This document shows, piece by piece, positions 1-10,197 of a DNA stretch of 58,163 bases. Each line of letters starts with the position of its first letter. The stretch's first letter is position 1. The DNA is from an uncultured Sphingomonas sp. (GTDB lineage Bacteria > Pseudomonadota > Alphaproteobacteria > Sphingomonadales > Sphingomonadaceae): NCBI GenBank assembly GCA_902806275.1, contig CADCVY010000060.1, forward strand, positions 1 to 58,163, given 5' to 3'. The notes beneath the pieces were generated by a model. The model ran no database searches. It had not been told where the DNA came from and saw nothing but the letters and a program-made list of their open reading frames with translations. The position numbers and the translations under genes are program-made.

Positions 1-198
1 AAGTTCGTCGAGGCGCTCCAGCTGTTCGGGATCGGCTACAGCTGGGGCGGGTACGAAAGCCTTGTTTTGCCCGTCGACCCGATCCGGACGGTGTCGCAGC
101 CACCCGCGACGAACCTCGTCCGGCTGCACATCGGGCTTGAGGATGCCGACGATCTGATCCGAGACTTGGCGAACGCGCTGGCGGCGCTCGGCGGCTGA
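1..198 (+). CDS. metC: Cystathionine beta-lyase, 3' fragment (5' end outside window)
   Basis: Frame 1 reads KFVEALQLFGIGYSWGGYESL...VRLHIGLEDADDLIRDL, the typical MetC C-terminus; TGA at 196-198. Confidence 0.88.
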   Translation, partial: KFVEALQLFGIGYSWGGYESLVLPVDPIRTVSQPPATNLVRLHIGLEDADDLIRDLANALAALGG

Positions 199-209
199 CA
201 ACTGGCGAG

Positions 210-286
210 TGGTAGCGGAGGAGGGACTTGAACCCCCGACACGCGGATTATGATTCCGCTGCTCTAACCAGCTGAGCTACTCCGCC
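210..286 (-). tRNA. tRNA-Met (CAT), elongator type
   Basis: Reverse complement GGCGGAGTAGCTCAGCTGGTTAGAGCAGCGGAATCATAATCCGCGTGTCGGGGGTTCAAGTCCCTCCTCCGCTACCA; cloverleaf, CAT anticodon, encoded CCA. Confidence 0.95.
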
Positions 287-366
287 CCAACGGGCTGCCC
301 CGCGTCCCTGACCCGGGTGCGGCGAGGCGCGGCATATAAGTGGACGCCCCGCCCCGGTCAACGCGA

Positions 367-391
367 GGAACCCCTTACGACTGCTCTCGTT
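367..391 (+). promoter_or_regulatory. Putative EcfG (general stress sigma) promoter
   Basis: GGAAC(367-371)-N16-CGTT(388-391), 25 bp upstream of the DUF3775 ATG. Confidence 0.65.
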
Positions 392-416
392 CAAGCGTCC
401 GAACAGCGAGGAATGC

Positions 417-842
417 ATGGACCCCCTTACCCCACTCGACACGTTGTGCCGGATCATTCTCCGAGCGCGCGAGTACGAAGCCCAGACCGCGACCGACTAT
501 GACGGGGGCGAAGCCGCCGATAACGTCGACGACGAAGACGAGGGCGCGCTGTCGGTGCTGGACGACACGATCAACGACAGCGTCGAGGAGGAGCTTCGCG
601 CCGCTTTCGAAGACCTCGGCGAGGACCAACTGGCGGAAGTGATGGCTTTCTGCTGGGTCGGGCAAGGCACCTACGAAGCCGCTGATTGGGACGAGGCGAT
701 GGAAGAAGCGCAATCGCTGGTCAGTGACGGCGCCACCGGCGCGATTGACGAGCTGCTCGATCAGCCGATGCTCGCTTCCGTGATGGAAGCTGGGCTCGCC
801 GCCTTCGACCTCAGCTGCCAGGGCGTCGGCGACCTCTCCTAG
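417..842 (+). CDS. DUF3775 family protein
   Basis: Acidic 141 aa protein with 'LAEVMAFCWVGQGTYEAADWDEAMEEA...LLDQPMLASVMEAGL' pattern. Confidence 0.75.
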   Translation: MDPLTPLDTLCRIILRAREYEAQTATDYDGGEAADNVDDEDEGALSVLDDTINDSVEEELRAAFEDLGEDQLAEVMAFCWVGQGTYEAADWDEAMEEAQSLVSDGATGAIDELLDQPMLASVMEAGLAAFDLSCQGVGDLS

Positions 843-1345
843 CGGCCGCGGAACGTATAGGTAGCGAGACGCTCCCACGGCCCGCCAAGGTACCGATGCA
901 ACCCGAGGCCGCTGATCGCCAGGGGCCGCTGCTCGAACGATCGCTCCAGCGTTTCCCGAAGTTCCCGCGCGACCCGCGGCGCAACCTTGTTCTGGATCGT
1001 GACGTGCGGGCGCCAACCTGCCTTGTCCTGCGCGGTGAGGAGGCCATGGAAGCACTCGGCCAGCTCGGCACGGATGAGGTCGAGCTCGTCGGACACGATG
1101 CGAACGGCGACACCGCCGCCAAGATCCATTAGGCCGGCCACCAGCGCCCTGGGCGGCGGCAGGCGCGCAAGGGAGGAAAGCCGCGCCCGCGCCTCCGCCT
1201 CGGCGCTCGGTGGCAGTGCGTGAAACATGGTAAGGTGCGCCTGCAACTGGTTGCGCTCGGGCGGAAAATGCTTCTTGCGCAGACCATCGAGCCAGCCCAA
1301 CTCCCGCTGTCCCAGTTCGGCGGTGACGATCAGCGCCCCGCTCAC
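839..1345 (-). CDS. 2'-5' RNA ligase / 2H phosphoesterase family protein
   Basis: Two HxT motifs (AHLTMF, PHVTIQ); GTG start at 1345 overlaps upstream TGA. Confidence 0.8.
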   Translation of the reverse strand: MSGALIVTAELGQRELGWLDGLRKKHFPPERNQLQAHLTMFHALPPSAEAEARARLSSLARLPPPRALVAGLMDLGGGVAVRIVSDELDLIRAELAECFHGLLTAQDKAGWRPHVTIQNKVAPRVARELRETLERSFEQRPLAISGLGLHRYLGGPWERLATYTFRGR

Positions 1346-1905
1346 TGCGACGGCCACTGGTCGCGCTTGACCGTCTCCAGCTCGCCAAACCGTTCCGGCG
1401 CGATCCTAGCGACCATCTCATCGCCCTCGATCTTCGCCGCGCTCCACGGCAGCCGACGAAGCGTCTCGCCGACCCCGGCGACGCCACCCTCCGACACTAC
1501 GACGTAAGACAAGCGCCCGCTGCCGCAGCCCACCATGGCGTCAACGCAGGTACCGATCACCTTGTCGCCGCAGCGCACCTTGGCACGGGTCAGCAGCGAT
1601 GCCGCGAACAGCGTCTCGCCGGGTGTCGTGGCGCTCGCTTCGGCCGCAGCCTCGGCCCCCTGTTCGACCTTGGCCTGGCGCCCGAGCCACCGCCACACGC
1701 CGAACAGGTTGAGGAAGGTCATGACGACGTTGGTCCAAACCAAGGCCGGTTGGCCCGTCAACGCACCGACGGCAAACCAGGCGATGGAGCCCACGGTGAA
1801 GACGGCGAAGCCATAGCCGGTGATCCGCGCGCCGAGGTTGGAAGCGGTCATGCAGGCCGCGATGATGGTCGCCGCAGTGGCGATCCAGGAAGCGAGATTA
1901 TCCAT
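1342..1905 (-). CDS. Membrane protein with N-terminal TM helices and C-terminal PRC-barrel domain
   Basis: ~3 hydrophobic helices followed by 'IGTCVDAMV..GSGRLSYVVVSEGGVAGVGETLRRLPW', PRC-barrel-like. Confidence 0.7.
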   Translation of the reverse strand: MDNLASWIATAATIIAACMTASNLGARITGYGFAVFTVGSIAWFAVGALTGQPALVWTNVVMTFLNLFGVWRWLGRQAKVEQGAEAAAEASATTPGETLFAASLLTRAKVRCGDKVIGTCVDAMVGCGSGRLSYVVVSEGGVAGVGETLRRLPWSAAKIEGDEMVARIAPERFGELETVKRDQWPSQ

Positions 1906-1937
1906 GGCGCCGCCAATGCGCGGCTGCCGAGGAAGGT

Positions 1938-3878
1938 TCAGATTTCGACCTGGCTCCCGAGCTCGACCACGCGGTTGGTCGGCAGCTTAAAGAATTCCAT
2001 CGCGCTTTCCGCATTGCGGAGCATCCAGGCGAACAGCTTTTCGCGCCACACCGCCATGCCCGGCCGCGACGATGCAAGCAGCGTCTGACGGGCGAGAAAG
2101 AAGCTGGTGTCCATCATCTTGCATTGCGGGCCGCAGTTCTCGAGCTGCGCCAGCGCGGTCGGCACGTCGACCTCTTCCATGAAGCCGTAGCGGAGGATTA
2201 CTCGGTAGAAGCCGGATCCGTAATCGCTCATTTCGACCCGCTTCTCCTGCTGCACGAATGGCACGTCCTCGACGCGCACGGTGAGCAGGAAGATGCGCTC
2301 GTGAAGCACCTTGTTGTGCTTGAGGTTGTGCAGCAGCGCGTGCGGAACCCCGCTGGCCGAGCTGGTCATGAACACCGCCGTGCCGGGCACCCGGGCAGCG
2401 CTGGGAGCGGCCGACTTGATGAAGATCTCCATCGGCAAGCTGGCCTCGTTCATGCGGTCGATCATCAATTTGCGGCCCTTGGCCCAGGTCGTGAGCAAGG
2501 TGAACGCCACCGCTCCCACCAGCAGTGGAAACCAGCCGCCGTCGGGGACTTTCATCAGGTTGGCGCTGAAATAAGCGATATCGACGACGAAGAAGAGCGC
2601 GAGCAGCGCCAAGACCAGCGGCCGGCTCCATCTCCACATGGTGGTCAGCACCACGGCCAGCAGGCAGGTGTCGATGAACATCGCGCCCGTAACCGCGATC
2701 CCGTAAGCGGCGGTCAGGTTGCTCGAGTTCTGGAAGAAGAGAACCAGCAGGATCACCATCACCATCAGCGCCCAGTTAACGACGGGGATGTAGATCTGGC
2801 CGGCTGCTCGTTCGCTGGTGTGGGTGATCCTGAGCCGAGGAATGAAGCCCAGCTGGATCGCTTGCTGGGTCACCGAGAACGCGCCCGAGATAACCGCCTG
2901 ACTGGCGATGATCGCGGCGAGGGTTGCGATAATGACCAGCGGCAGCCGCAATGTGTCCGGAGCGAGAAAGAAGAACGGGTTCTTGATCAGCTCCGCCGCA
3001 GTCGCCGGGTCCGAAGTCACGATCATGGCGCCCTGGCCCATGTAGTTGAGCATCAGCGCTGGCAGCACGAACCACAGCCAAGACAGCCCGATCGGACGTC
3101 TGCCGAAATGGCCCATGTCGGCGTAAAGCGCTTCGGCGCCCGTAACAGCGAGCACAACCGAGCCCAGCGCCAGGAACGCTAGCCAGCCATCGAGCAGGAA
3201 GAAGTTCACCGCGTTGAGCGGGTTCAGGGTCTCGAGAATGATCCCCGGCGCGCTGAAGATGTGGGTCACGCCCAGCACCGAAAGAACAAGGAAATAGACC
3301 AGCATGATCGGCCCGAACAGCGCCCCGACCTTTGCCGTGCCGCGCGCCTGGATCATGAACAGGCCGATCAGGATCGCCACCGCGATCGGGACCACGAATT
3401 GCTGGGTCGCCGGCTCGACAATGACCAGACCTTCCACGGCTCCCAGCACGGTGGTCGCTGGCGTGATCATGCTGTCGCCATAGAACAGCGCGGTGGCGAA
3501 CACGCCCAACAGCACGATGCCTGCCGTCCACCGCCGTTTGTCGGAGGTCGAGCGGTTGATCAGCGCCAGCAAGGCCAGGCTTCCGCCCTCGCCCTTGTTG
3601 TCCGCCCGCATGATGATGCTGACGTACTTGAGCGTCACCACGATCATCATCGACCAGAAGATCAGGCTCAGCACGCCGTAAATGTGCGGCTGATCCGGCG
3701 TTAGCGGGTGGTGTCCGGCGAACGTCTCGCGAAACGCGTAGATCGGCGAGGTGCCGATATCGCCGAAGACGATGCCGATCGCGCCCACAGCAAGCTTCGC
3801 CAGCGAGCCCTGGGCATGACCATGCGCAGGGTCCTGCGGCGCCTCGGCTTCGGCGGCTCCGGCGGCAGTGATGTTCAT
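1938..3878 (-). CDS. kup: KUP/HAK/KT potassium transporter
   Basis: [42 protein letters not shown] motifs. Confidence 0.95.
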   Translation of the reverse strand: MNITAAGAAEAEAPQDPAHGHAQGSLAKLAVGAIGIVFGDIGTSPIYAFRETFAGHHPLTPDQPHIYGVLSLIFWSMMIVVTLKYVSIIMRADNKGEGGSLALLALINRSTSDKRRWTAGIVLLGVFATALFYGDSMITPATTVLGAVEGLVIVEPATQQFVVPIAVAILIGLFMIQARGTAKVGALFGPIMLVYFLVLSVLGVTHIFSAPGIILETLNPLNAVNFFLLDGWLAFLALGSVVLAVTGAEALYADMGHFGRRPIGLSWLWFVLPALMLNYMGQGAMIVTSDPATAAELIKNPFFFLAPDTLRLPLVIIATLAAIIASQAVISGAFSVTQQAIQLGFIPRLRITHTSERAAGQIYIPVVNWALMVMVILLVLFFQNSSNLTAAYGIAVTGAMFIDTCLLAVVLTTMWRWSRPLVLALLALFFVVDIAYFSANLMKVPDGGWFPLLVGAVAFTLLTTWAKGRKLMIDRMNEASLPMEIFIKSAAPSAARVPGTAVFMTSSASGVPHALLHNLKHNKVLHERIFLLTVRVEDVPFVQQEKRVEMSDYGSGFYRVILRYGFMEEVDVPTALAQLENCGPQCKMMDTSFFLARQTLLASSRPGMAVWREKLFAWMLRNAESAMEFFKLPTNRVVELGSQVEI

Positions 3879-4050
3879 GATGTGGAGATCAGACCGAACA
3901 GACCGGGGCTAGCCTTCTAGGTATCTTGGCCGGGACGTGGTCTCGGGAGCGCTCCACTACCACTGCCGTTACGGCCCTGCAATCGGTGGGGACAGGCGGC
4001 GAAAGCGCGTCTATAGGCGCGGCGAACTTCAGCATCGGAGCCGGATCGTA

Positions 4051-5154
4051 ATGCGCGTTGGGGTACCCAAGGAAATCAAGGTTCACGAATATCGCGTCGG
4101 GCTCACGCCCGCCTCCGTGGCGGAGCTGGTCGCCGCCGGACACGAAGTGGTGGTCGAAGCGGGAGCCGGCAAGGGCATCGACTGTCCCGACAGCGGTTTC
4201 GAAAAGGCGGGCGCGCAGATCCTCCCTGACGCGGCCGCCGTGTTCAAGGCCGCCGACATGATCGTCAAGGTCAAGGAACCGCAGCAGCAGGAGATCGCCC
4301 TGCTCGAGTCCAGGCACATCCTGTTCACCTATCTCCACCTCGCCGCCGACAAGCCTCAGGCAGAGGGGCTGATAGAGTCGGGCGCGACCTGCATCGCGTA
4401 CGAAACCGTCACTTCGAACTCCGGCTCATTGCCGCTTTTGAAGCCTATGAGCGAGGTTGCCGGACGCATGTCCGTTCAGGTCGGCGCTCATTATCTTGAA
4501 AAGGAGCAAGGCGGCCGCGGCGTGCTGCTTGGCGGCGTGCCGGGCGTGGCCCCCGCAACCGTCGCTATCCTCGGCGGAGGTGTTTCCGGCGTCAATGCCG
4601 CCCAGATGGCGGTCGGCATGCGCGCGGACGTCACCATCTACGACATCAACATGGAGCGTCTGGCCGAGCTCGACATGTTCTTCTCGAGCCAGATCAAAAC
4701 CGCTTATGCCTCGCGCGCGGCAATCGCCAATGCGGTGGAGAAGGCGGAGCTGGTGATCGGCGCGGTGCTCGTGCCTGGAGCCGCGGCGCCCAAACTCGTG
4801 ACGCGCGACATGCTCAAGACCATGAAACGGGGGTCGGTGCTGGTCGACATCGCCATCGACCAGGGCGGCTGCTTCGAAACCTCGCATCCGACTACCCACG
4901 CCGAGCCGGTCTACGAAGTCGACGGCATCATCCATTATTGCGTTGCCAACATGCCGGGCGCGGTTGCCCGGACCAGCGCCTTCGCCCTCAACAACGCAAC
5001 GTTGCCGTTTGCGCTCAAGATCGCGAACCTAGGTGCGGGCGAAGCGATGCGCCTTGACCCGCACCTCGCCAACGGCCTCAACGTATCGGCCGGCAAGATT
5101 CGCCACCAGGCCGTTGCGGAGGCTCTGGACCTCCCGTTCGAAGCTGCCGCTTGA
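4051..5154 (+). CDS. ald: Alanine dehydrogenase
   Basis: MRVGVPKEIKVHEYRVGLTP start, PMSEVAGR, DQGGCFETS, VANMPGAV. Confidence 0.95.
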   Translation: MRVGVPKEIKVHEYRVGLTPASVAELVAAGHEVVVEAGAGKGIDCPDSGFEKAGAQILPDAAAVFKAADMIVKVKEPQQQEIALLESRHILFTYLHLAADKPQAEGLIESGATCIAYETVTSNSGSLPLLKPMSEVAGRMSVQVGAHYLEKEQGGRGVLLGGVPGVAPATVAILGGGVSGVNAAQMAVGMRADVTIYDINMERLAELDMFFSSQIKTAYASRAAIANAVEKAELVIGAVLVPGAAAPKLVTRDMLKTMKRGSVLVDIAIDQGGCFETSHPTTHAEPVYEVDGIIHYCVANMPGAVARTSAFALNNATLPFALKIANLGAGEAMRLDPHLANGLNVSAGKIRHQAVAEALDLPFEAAA

Positions 5155-5156
5155 AC

Positions 5157-5181
5157 GGAACACAAAGGGAACACCGGCGTT
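5157..5181 (+). promoter_or_regulatory. Putative EcfG promoter
   Basis: GGAAC(5157-5161)-N16-CGTT(5178-5181) upstream of DUF3072 gene. Confidence 0.65.
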
Positions 5182-5216
5182 GATGCGCCTGACTAATTGA
5201 TTGAAAAGGTGCATCA

Positions 5217-5441
5217 ATGTCGACCGAAGTGACTGACGATCCCAAGCAGCATCCGACCGGCAATGCGGTCAAGGACCCGGACCATTGGGTCACCGGCGAC
5301 CAGCCGATGACGGGCGCTCAAGCATCCTATCTGCAAACGCTGAGCGAGGAAGCGAGAGAAAAGTTCGAGCCCGAACTCAGCAAGGCTGACGCGTCAAAGA
5401 AGATCGACGAGCTGCAGGAGAAGACCGGCCGCGGTGACTAA
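5217..5441 (+). CDS. DUF3072 family protein
   Basis: KDPDHWVTGDQPMTGAQASYLQTLSEEA...LSKADASKKIDEL signature. Confidence 0.85.
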   Translation: MSTEVTDDPKQHPTGNAVKDPDHWVTGDQPMTGAQASYLQTLSEEAREKFEPELSKADASKKIDELQEKTGRGD

Positions 5442-6055
5442 GTCTGTAGCGGGGTGCCGCTGGTTAGGGCTGCGATCCCGCCCTCGACCAGCGGTCGCCA
5501 GCTGGCATCCGGCGGCGCTTTAGCCAGCACTTCGCGCCACAAGACAACGGCGCCGTTGCGATCGCCGGAACGGGCCCGCGCGAGACCGTAGAAGAACGCT
5601 CCGGGCGCGAAGCCGCTGGGGAGTTGCATGGCCTGACGGTATGCAAGCTCGGCTGCAGGGGTCAGCCCCTGTCCGTGCTCGACCAAGGCGTTGCCGAGGC
5701 CAACCCAGAGTTGGGCGTCGCCGGGATGCCGGCGGGCGGCGTTCTGCAGGATGTTGACCGAGTCCTCGCTGCTTCCCGAGCGCGCGAGGGCTTCGGACAT
5801 GAGCAGCCAGCTTTCCCCCGAACCGAAGTTGCCGAAGAACGCATGACGCGCGTCGCTCAGTGGCAGCACCCGTCGCGCAGATGCCTCCCGAGCCGCTGCT
5901 GACGGAAGGCCAGGCCGGCCCTGCATGGCATAGCCCCCCGCGCCGAACAGCAATGCCGCCGCGCTCGCCTGAAGCAATGGGCCCCGCACGCTGAGCAAGC
6001 GGAAGCCCAGCAGGCAGGCGGCGATCAGCAGCAGCAGGGCCAGCCAGCCGATCAT
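5438..6055 (-). CDS. Cytochrome c biogenesis TPR protein (CcmI/CycH-like)
   Basis: Two N-terminal TM helices then TPR-like helices; last gene of ccm cluster; ATG at 6055 overlaps ccmH stop. Confidence 0.75.
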   Translation of the reverse strand: MIGWLALLLLIAACLLGFRLLSVRGPLLQASAAALLFGAGGYAMQGRPGLPSAAAREASARRVLPLSDARHAFFGNFGSGESWLLMSEALARSGSSEDSVNILQNAARRHPGDAQLWVGLGNALVEHGQGLTPAAELAYRQAMQLPSGFAPGAFFYGLARARSGDRNGAVVLWREVLAKAPPDASWRPLVEGGIAALTSGTPLQT

Positions 6056-6462
6056 GGACGAGCTCGCGTGCGAATGCGCTTCCGGAGTAGCAGCAGCCCG
6101 ATTGCGAGCAGGGCTATGGGCGCCAGCCACAGTGGCCAGGTGGCGGGCTCCGCTGTCGGCCGATAACTGATCCAGGTGCCGTAGCGTTCGATCAACCACG
6201 CGCGAATGGCGGCGGGCTGTTCCCCGTCGGCGATGCGTCGGCGGACGAGGTCGCGCATGTCGGCCGCAAGCTCGGCATCGGAATCGGCGATGGATTGTCC
6301 CTGGCACACGAGGCAGCGCAACTCCGCCATGAGCCGCTGCGCCCGCGCCTCCTGACTGGCATTCGGCAGCTGGCGGTAAGCCCAATAGGCCGGGGGCAGG
6401 CTGCTGTCGGCTAGGGCCGGCGCAGCGATCAGCATCGCGATCGCCACCAGCAAGGCTTTCAT
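6052..6462 (-). CDS. ccmH: Cytochrome c-type biogenesis protein CcmH/CycL
   Basis: LRCLVCQGQSIADS motif. Confidence 0.9.
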   Translation of the reverse strand: MKALLVAIAMLIAAPALADSSLPPAYWAYRQLPNASQEARAQRLMAELRCLVCQGQSIADSDAELAADMRDLVRRRIADGEQPAAIRAWLIERYGTWISYRPTAEPATWPLWLAPIALLAIGLLLLRKRIRTRARP

Positions 6463-6986
6463 CGCGCCTGCTCCAGCTGACTGAGGATCAGCGGCACGTC
6501 GGCGGCCTCGACGGCGCCGATATGCTGGTAGCGGATGATGCCGCGGCCATCGACGACGAAGCTTTCCGGGACGCCGGAGGACCCGAGGGCGATCTGCAAG
6601 GCGCTCTGCTCATCGCTGCCGATCCGCGCATAAGGATCGCCGTTCCGCGCGAGAAAGGCGGCGATGTCCCCGGCACGGTCGCGGATGGCGATGCCGTCGA
6701 TGGCCACGCCACGACTCTGCAATTGCTTGAGCACCTTCACCTCTGTGATGCATGGCACGCACCAGCTGGCGAAGATGTTGACCAGGCGCGGTCTGCCCAT
6801 GGCCAGGTCGCGGGACGAGAAGGCTGGCTTGCCGGGCAATGGCGCGGCGAGATTGAACGCTGGCACGGGCTTGCCGGCGAGCCTGGAGCGCACGTTGGTA
6901 TCGGCTGGTGTCGACAGCCGCCATACGAGCCCCGCGATCACCAGGAGCAAGAGCGCCAGTGGCGCGAAGCGGACCGCTCGGCTCAT
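6459..6986 (-). CDS. ccmG: Thiol:disulfide interchange protein CcmG/DsbE
   Basis: FASWCVPC thioredoxin motif, GVPESF; ATG at 6986. Confidence 0.9.
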   Translation of the reverse strand: MSRAVRFAPLALLLLVIAGLVWRLSTPADTNVRSRLAGKPVPAFNLAAPLPGKPAFSSRDLAMGRPRLVNIFASWCVPCITEVKVLKQLQSRGVAIDGIAIRDRAGDIAAFLARNGDPYARIGSDEQSALQIALGSSGVPESFVVDGRGIIRYQHIGAVEAADVPLILSQLEQAR

Positions 6987-8911
6987 GCGTAGCGGGTCCG
7001 CCACTCGGGCTCGGGGCGCCGCCGCCGGGTCCGCCAGGCGCGGCCGGCGAGCGACAGTGCGCCGCCCAGCCCGATCAGGGCGCCGCCGGCCCAGATCAGG
7101 GTGACGAAGGGCTTCCACCACAAGCGCAGCTGCCATCCGCCCGCCGGGTCCGCTTTGCCGAGCACCGTGTAGAGCTGGCCATCCCAGAACGTCTGGATCG
7201 CCGCTTCATTGGTCTCCATCTGCGGGCTAGTGAAGTAGCGCGTCTGGGGCCGCAGCACCTCGCGGCCGTGGCCGCGCGACGCGTGCAGTTCGGCCTCCAG
7301 CGCAGTCCAGTTCGGGCCCGCTGCCGGAGTGACGCTGTCGAGCTGGATCAACCATGGGCCAACGGCCAGCCGCTCGCCTGTCCGCGCCACGGCCAGCGTT
7401 TCCTTGGTGAATGCCGAGTTCGCTGCCATGCCGGCCAGAGCCACGGCAATGCCGAAGTGCGACACGACCATTCCCCAGGTAGCGAGAGGCGCGCGCAGCG
7501 GATTGCGCCCGGCGAGCGGCAGCAGGCTGGCAATAGCAAGGAACGCCGCCACGCCGAAGCCCAGACGTGGCAGGAACCCCATCTTAGGCGCGATCACGAA
7601 CGTGGCGACGATCGCCGCAACCCCGATCAGTGCGGGGACGACTAGACGCTTCAGCACCGGCCGCCGCTCACGCCGCCAGCTGAGCAGCGGGCCGGCGCCG
7701 ACGAGCACGGCCAGCAGCAGCGCCAGCGGCCCGGCGACAATGTTGAAGTAAGGCGCGCCGACGGACAGCTTCTCGCCGCTCAGCGCTTCGACGAACAACG
7801 GGTAGAGCGTCCCAACGAACACCGTGCCGAGAATGACGCTCAGCAGTAGATTGTTGACCACCAGCCCGCTTTCGCGGCTCACCAGCTCGAACGGCGCCCC
7901 TTCCTTCAGGCTGGCGCCGCGCCACGCGAACAAGGTGAACGCCGCGCCGACGTACAGACCGAGCAAGATCAACAAGTAGGTGCCCCGCTCCGGGTCGATG
8001 GCGAAGGAATGCACGGACGTCAGGATGCCCGAGCGGACCAGGAAGGTGCCGACCATCGACATGGAGAAGGCGATCACCGCCAGCATCATCGTCCAGGCCT
8101 TCAGCGCACCACGAGCGGCCAGCACGTTGATCGAGTGCAGCAGCGCGGTCGCGGCAAGCCAAGGCATCAGCGACGCATTCTCGACCGGGTCCCAGAACCA
8201 GTATCCGCCCCAGCCAAGCTCGTAATAGGCCCAGTAGCTGCCGGCGGTGATGCCCAGGGTCAGGAACACCCAAGCCGCCAGCACCCACGGCCGCATTGCT
8301 CGGGCAAGCCGGGAGTCCACCTCACCGGTAAGCAGCGCGCCGAACGCCAGGCTAAAGGCGACCGACAGGCCGACGTAGCCGAGGTACAAAGTGGGAGGAT
8401 GGAACGCCAAGCCGGGATCCTGGAGCAGCGGGTTGAGGCCCCTTCCCTCCAGCGGCGCGGGAGCAAGCCGGCCGAACGGGTTCGAAGCCAGCAGCAGGAA
8501 GGTGTAGAAGCCGAGCGCGAGCGCAGCCTGGGCGCCGAGCGCCGCAGCAAGCGTTCTTTCCGAAAGGCGCCGCGACAGGATGGCGATGAAAGCACCAGAC
8601 ACAGCCAGTACGGTCACCCACAGCAGCATCGACCCTTCGTGGTTTCCCCACGCGCCCGCGACTTTATAGACGAACGGCTTGGCGCTGTGACTGTTGGCGA
8701 CCACCAGGGCCACCGACAAATCTGTGCGCGCAAACAGCACGAGCAGCATGGCGAAGGCGAGGGCGGTGAGCGCCCCCTGCGCCACGGCCACCGGGCGCAT
8801 GGTGCCCGACAGCTCAACCGCGCTCCGGAGCCCGGCCGGCATGAAGACCAACTGGAGAGCCGCGAGCCCCGCCGCGAGCCACAGCGCCGCGAGGCCGATT
8901 TCGGCCATCAT
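6983..8911 (-). CDS. ccmF: Heme lyase CcmF
   Basis: WGNHEGS, HPPTLY, WGGYWFWDPVENAS, SVHSFA. Confidence 0.95.
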   Translation of the reverse strand: MMAEIGLAALWLAAGLAALQLVFMPAGLRSAVELSGTMRPVAVAQGALTALAFAMLLVLFARTDLSVALVVANSHSAKPFVYKVAGAWGNHEGSMLLWVTVLAVSGAFIAILSRRLSERTLAAALGAQAALALGFYTFLLLASNPFGRLAPAPLEGRGLNPLLQDPGLAFHPPTLYLGYVGLSVAFSLAFGALLTGEVDSRLARAMRPWVLAAWVFLTLGITAGSYWAYYELGWGGYWFWDPVENASLMPWLAATALLHSINVLAARGALKAWTMMLAVIAFSMSMVGTFLVRSGILTSVHSFAIDPERGTYLLILLGLYVGAAFTLFAWRGASLKEGAPFELVSRESGLVVNNLLLSVILGTVFVGTLYPLFVEALSGEKLSVGAPYFNIVAGPLALLLAVLVGAGPLLSWRRERRPVLKRLVVPALIGVAAIVATFVIAPKMGFLPRLGFGVAAFLAIASLLPLAGRNPLRAPLATWGMVVSHFGIAVALAGMAANSAFTKETLAVARTGERLAVGPWLIQLDSVTPAAGPNWTALEAELHASRGHGREVLRPQTRYFTSPQMETNEAAIQTFWDGQLYTVLGKADPAGGWQLRLWWKPFVTLIWAGGALIGLGGALSLAGRAWRTRRRRPEPEWRTRYA

Positions 8912-9348
8912 CGCTGTAGCGTCTTCCCCGCCTTGCGCTCCGCGGCGAGGTTGCCGAGCTCGGGCGGCATGTAGCGCTCGTCGTGCTTGGCCAGGATGGT
9001 GTCGGCGACAAAGGTGCCTTTGACCACCCTGCCCTCGGCGACCGCGCCGCTGCCTTCGCGGAACAGGTCGGGGACAATGCCGCGATAGGTGACGGGCGTG
9101 CGGGCCTGCCCGTCGGTCACGCTGAAGCGGATGGTAACGCCGTCAGGCTGTCGGCGGACGGATCCCGATTCCACCATGCCGCCGAGGCGCACGGCCCGCC
9201 CCTCTTCCGCCTTTCCGGCTGCGACATCCGCAGGCGTGTAGAAATAGGACGCCTGGTCGCGCAGACCCCACATGGCCAGGAGCACGGCAGCCAGCACCGC
9301 GGCGGCGGCGGCGGCCACCAGCACCAGCCTCTGGTTCTTGGGCTTCAT
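8908..9348 (-). CDS. ccmE: Heme chaperone CcmE
   Basis: PDLFREG and LAKHDERYMP motifs; ATG at 9348. Confidence 0.92.
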   Translation of the reverse strand: MKPKNQRLVLVAAAAAAVLAAVLLAMWGLRDQASYFYTPADVAAGKAEEGRAVRLGGMVESGSVRRQPDGVTIRFSVTDGQARTPVTYRGIVPDLFREGSGAVAEGRVVKGTFVADTILAKHDERYMPPELGNLAAERKAGKTLQR

Positions 9349-9473
9349 CGCCGTTTGAGCGCCTCGGCCGCAGCTTCCGCGCGGCGCATGGTGGCCAGCG
9401 CCCACATCAGCAGCGCGCCAGTGGTGCCGACGGTCACTGCATAAGCGGCGATGACGAACGGCCAAGGGTTCAT
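9345..9473 (-). CDS. ccmD: Heme exporter protein CcmD
   Basis: 42 aa, single TM (MNPWPFVIAAYAVT) plus basic tail, between ccmC and ccmE. Confidence 0.8.
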   Translation of the reverse strand: MNPWPFVIAAYAVTVGTTGALLMWALATMRRAEAAAEALKRR

Positions 9474-10186
9474 GGCTGCGTCATCCGGCGCTGGCGTGCT
9501 TCGATTTTCGCCTCGGCAAGCGCGGCCCGCATCCGCATCAGGACGGCGGCCGCGAACAGGCAGGTAAAGCCGAACATGGTGAGCGGCAGCGGCCACAGCA
9601 GCGCATTGTCGATGCTCGAGCCGGTGACGCCGATGCTCTGCCCTTGGTGAAGCGTGCGCCACCACAGCACCGAATAGTGGATGATCGGCAGGTTGATCGC
9701 GCCGACCAGGCCAAAGATGGCGGTAACCCGGCCTTCGCCGCCGCGCTCCCGCTCGGCCGAGCCCAGCGCGATGTAGCCGAGGTAGAGAAAGAACAACATC
9801 AGCATCGAGGTCAGCCGCCCATCCCATTCCCACCAGGTGCCCCAGGTCGGGCGGCCCCAAATTGAGCCGGTGACCAGGCACAAGGCCGCGAAGGTTGCAC
9901 CTGCCGGAGCGATCGCGCGGCCGGCCACCGCCGCGAGCGGATGGCGCCAAACCAGCTGGCTCACCGACGCCGCGGCGATCCCGGCCCACCCGGCCATGCC
10001 GAGCCATGCGGACGGCACATGGATGTAGAGGATGCGGACAGTCTCGCCCTGCAGGTAATCAGGCGGAGTCAGCAACAAGCCCGCGGCCATACCGCCGAGC
10101 GCCAGCGCAAGGCCGATCGCCAGCAGCCAGCTGGATGCCGGACGAGCGATGCGCAGGAAACGCGCCGGGTTGGCGAGCGCGTGCAT
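9470..10186 (-). CDS. ccmC: Heme exporter protein CcmC
   Basis: YIHVPSAW and WGRPTWGTWWEWDGRLT (WWD) motifs; ATG at 10186. Confidence 0.93.
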   Translation of the reverse strand: MHALANPARFLRIARPASSWLLAIGLALALGGMAAGLLLTPPDYLQGETVRILYIHVPSAWLGMAGWAGIAAASVSQLVWRHPLAAVAGRAIAPAGATFAALCLVTGSIWGRPTWGTWWEWDGRLTSMLMLFFLYLGYIALGSAERERGGEGRVTAIFGLVGAINLPIIHYSVLWWRTLHQGQSIGVTGSSIDNALLWPLPLTMFGFTCLFAAAVLMRMRAALAEAKIEARQRRMTQP

Positions 10187-10197
10187 GGCGGTGCTTG

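Noticed and set aside
5438-10186. ccmA and ccmB missing from the ccm cluster
   Set aside because: Split ccm loci are common in alphaproteobacteria; likely elsewhere in the genome
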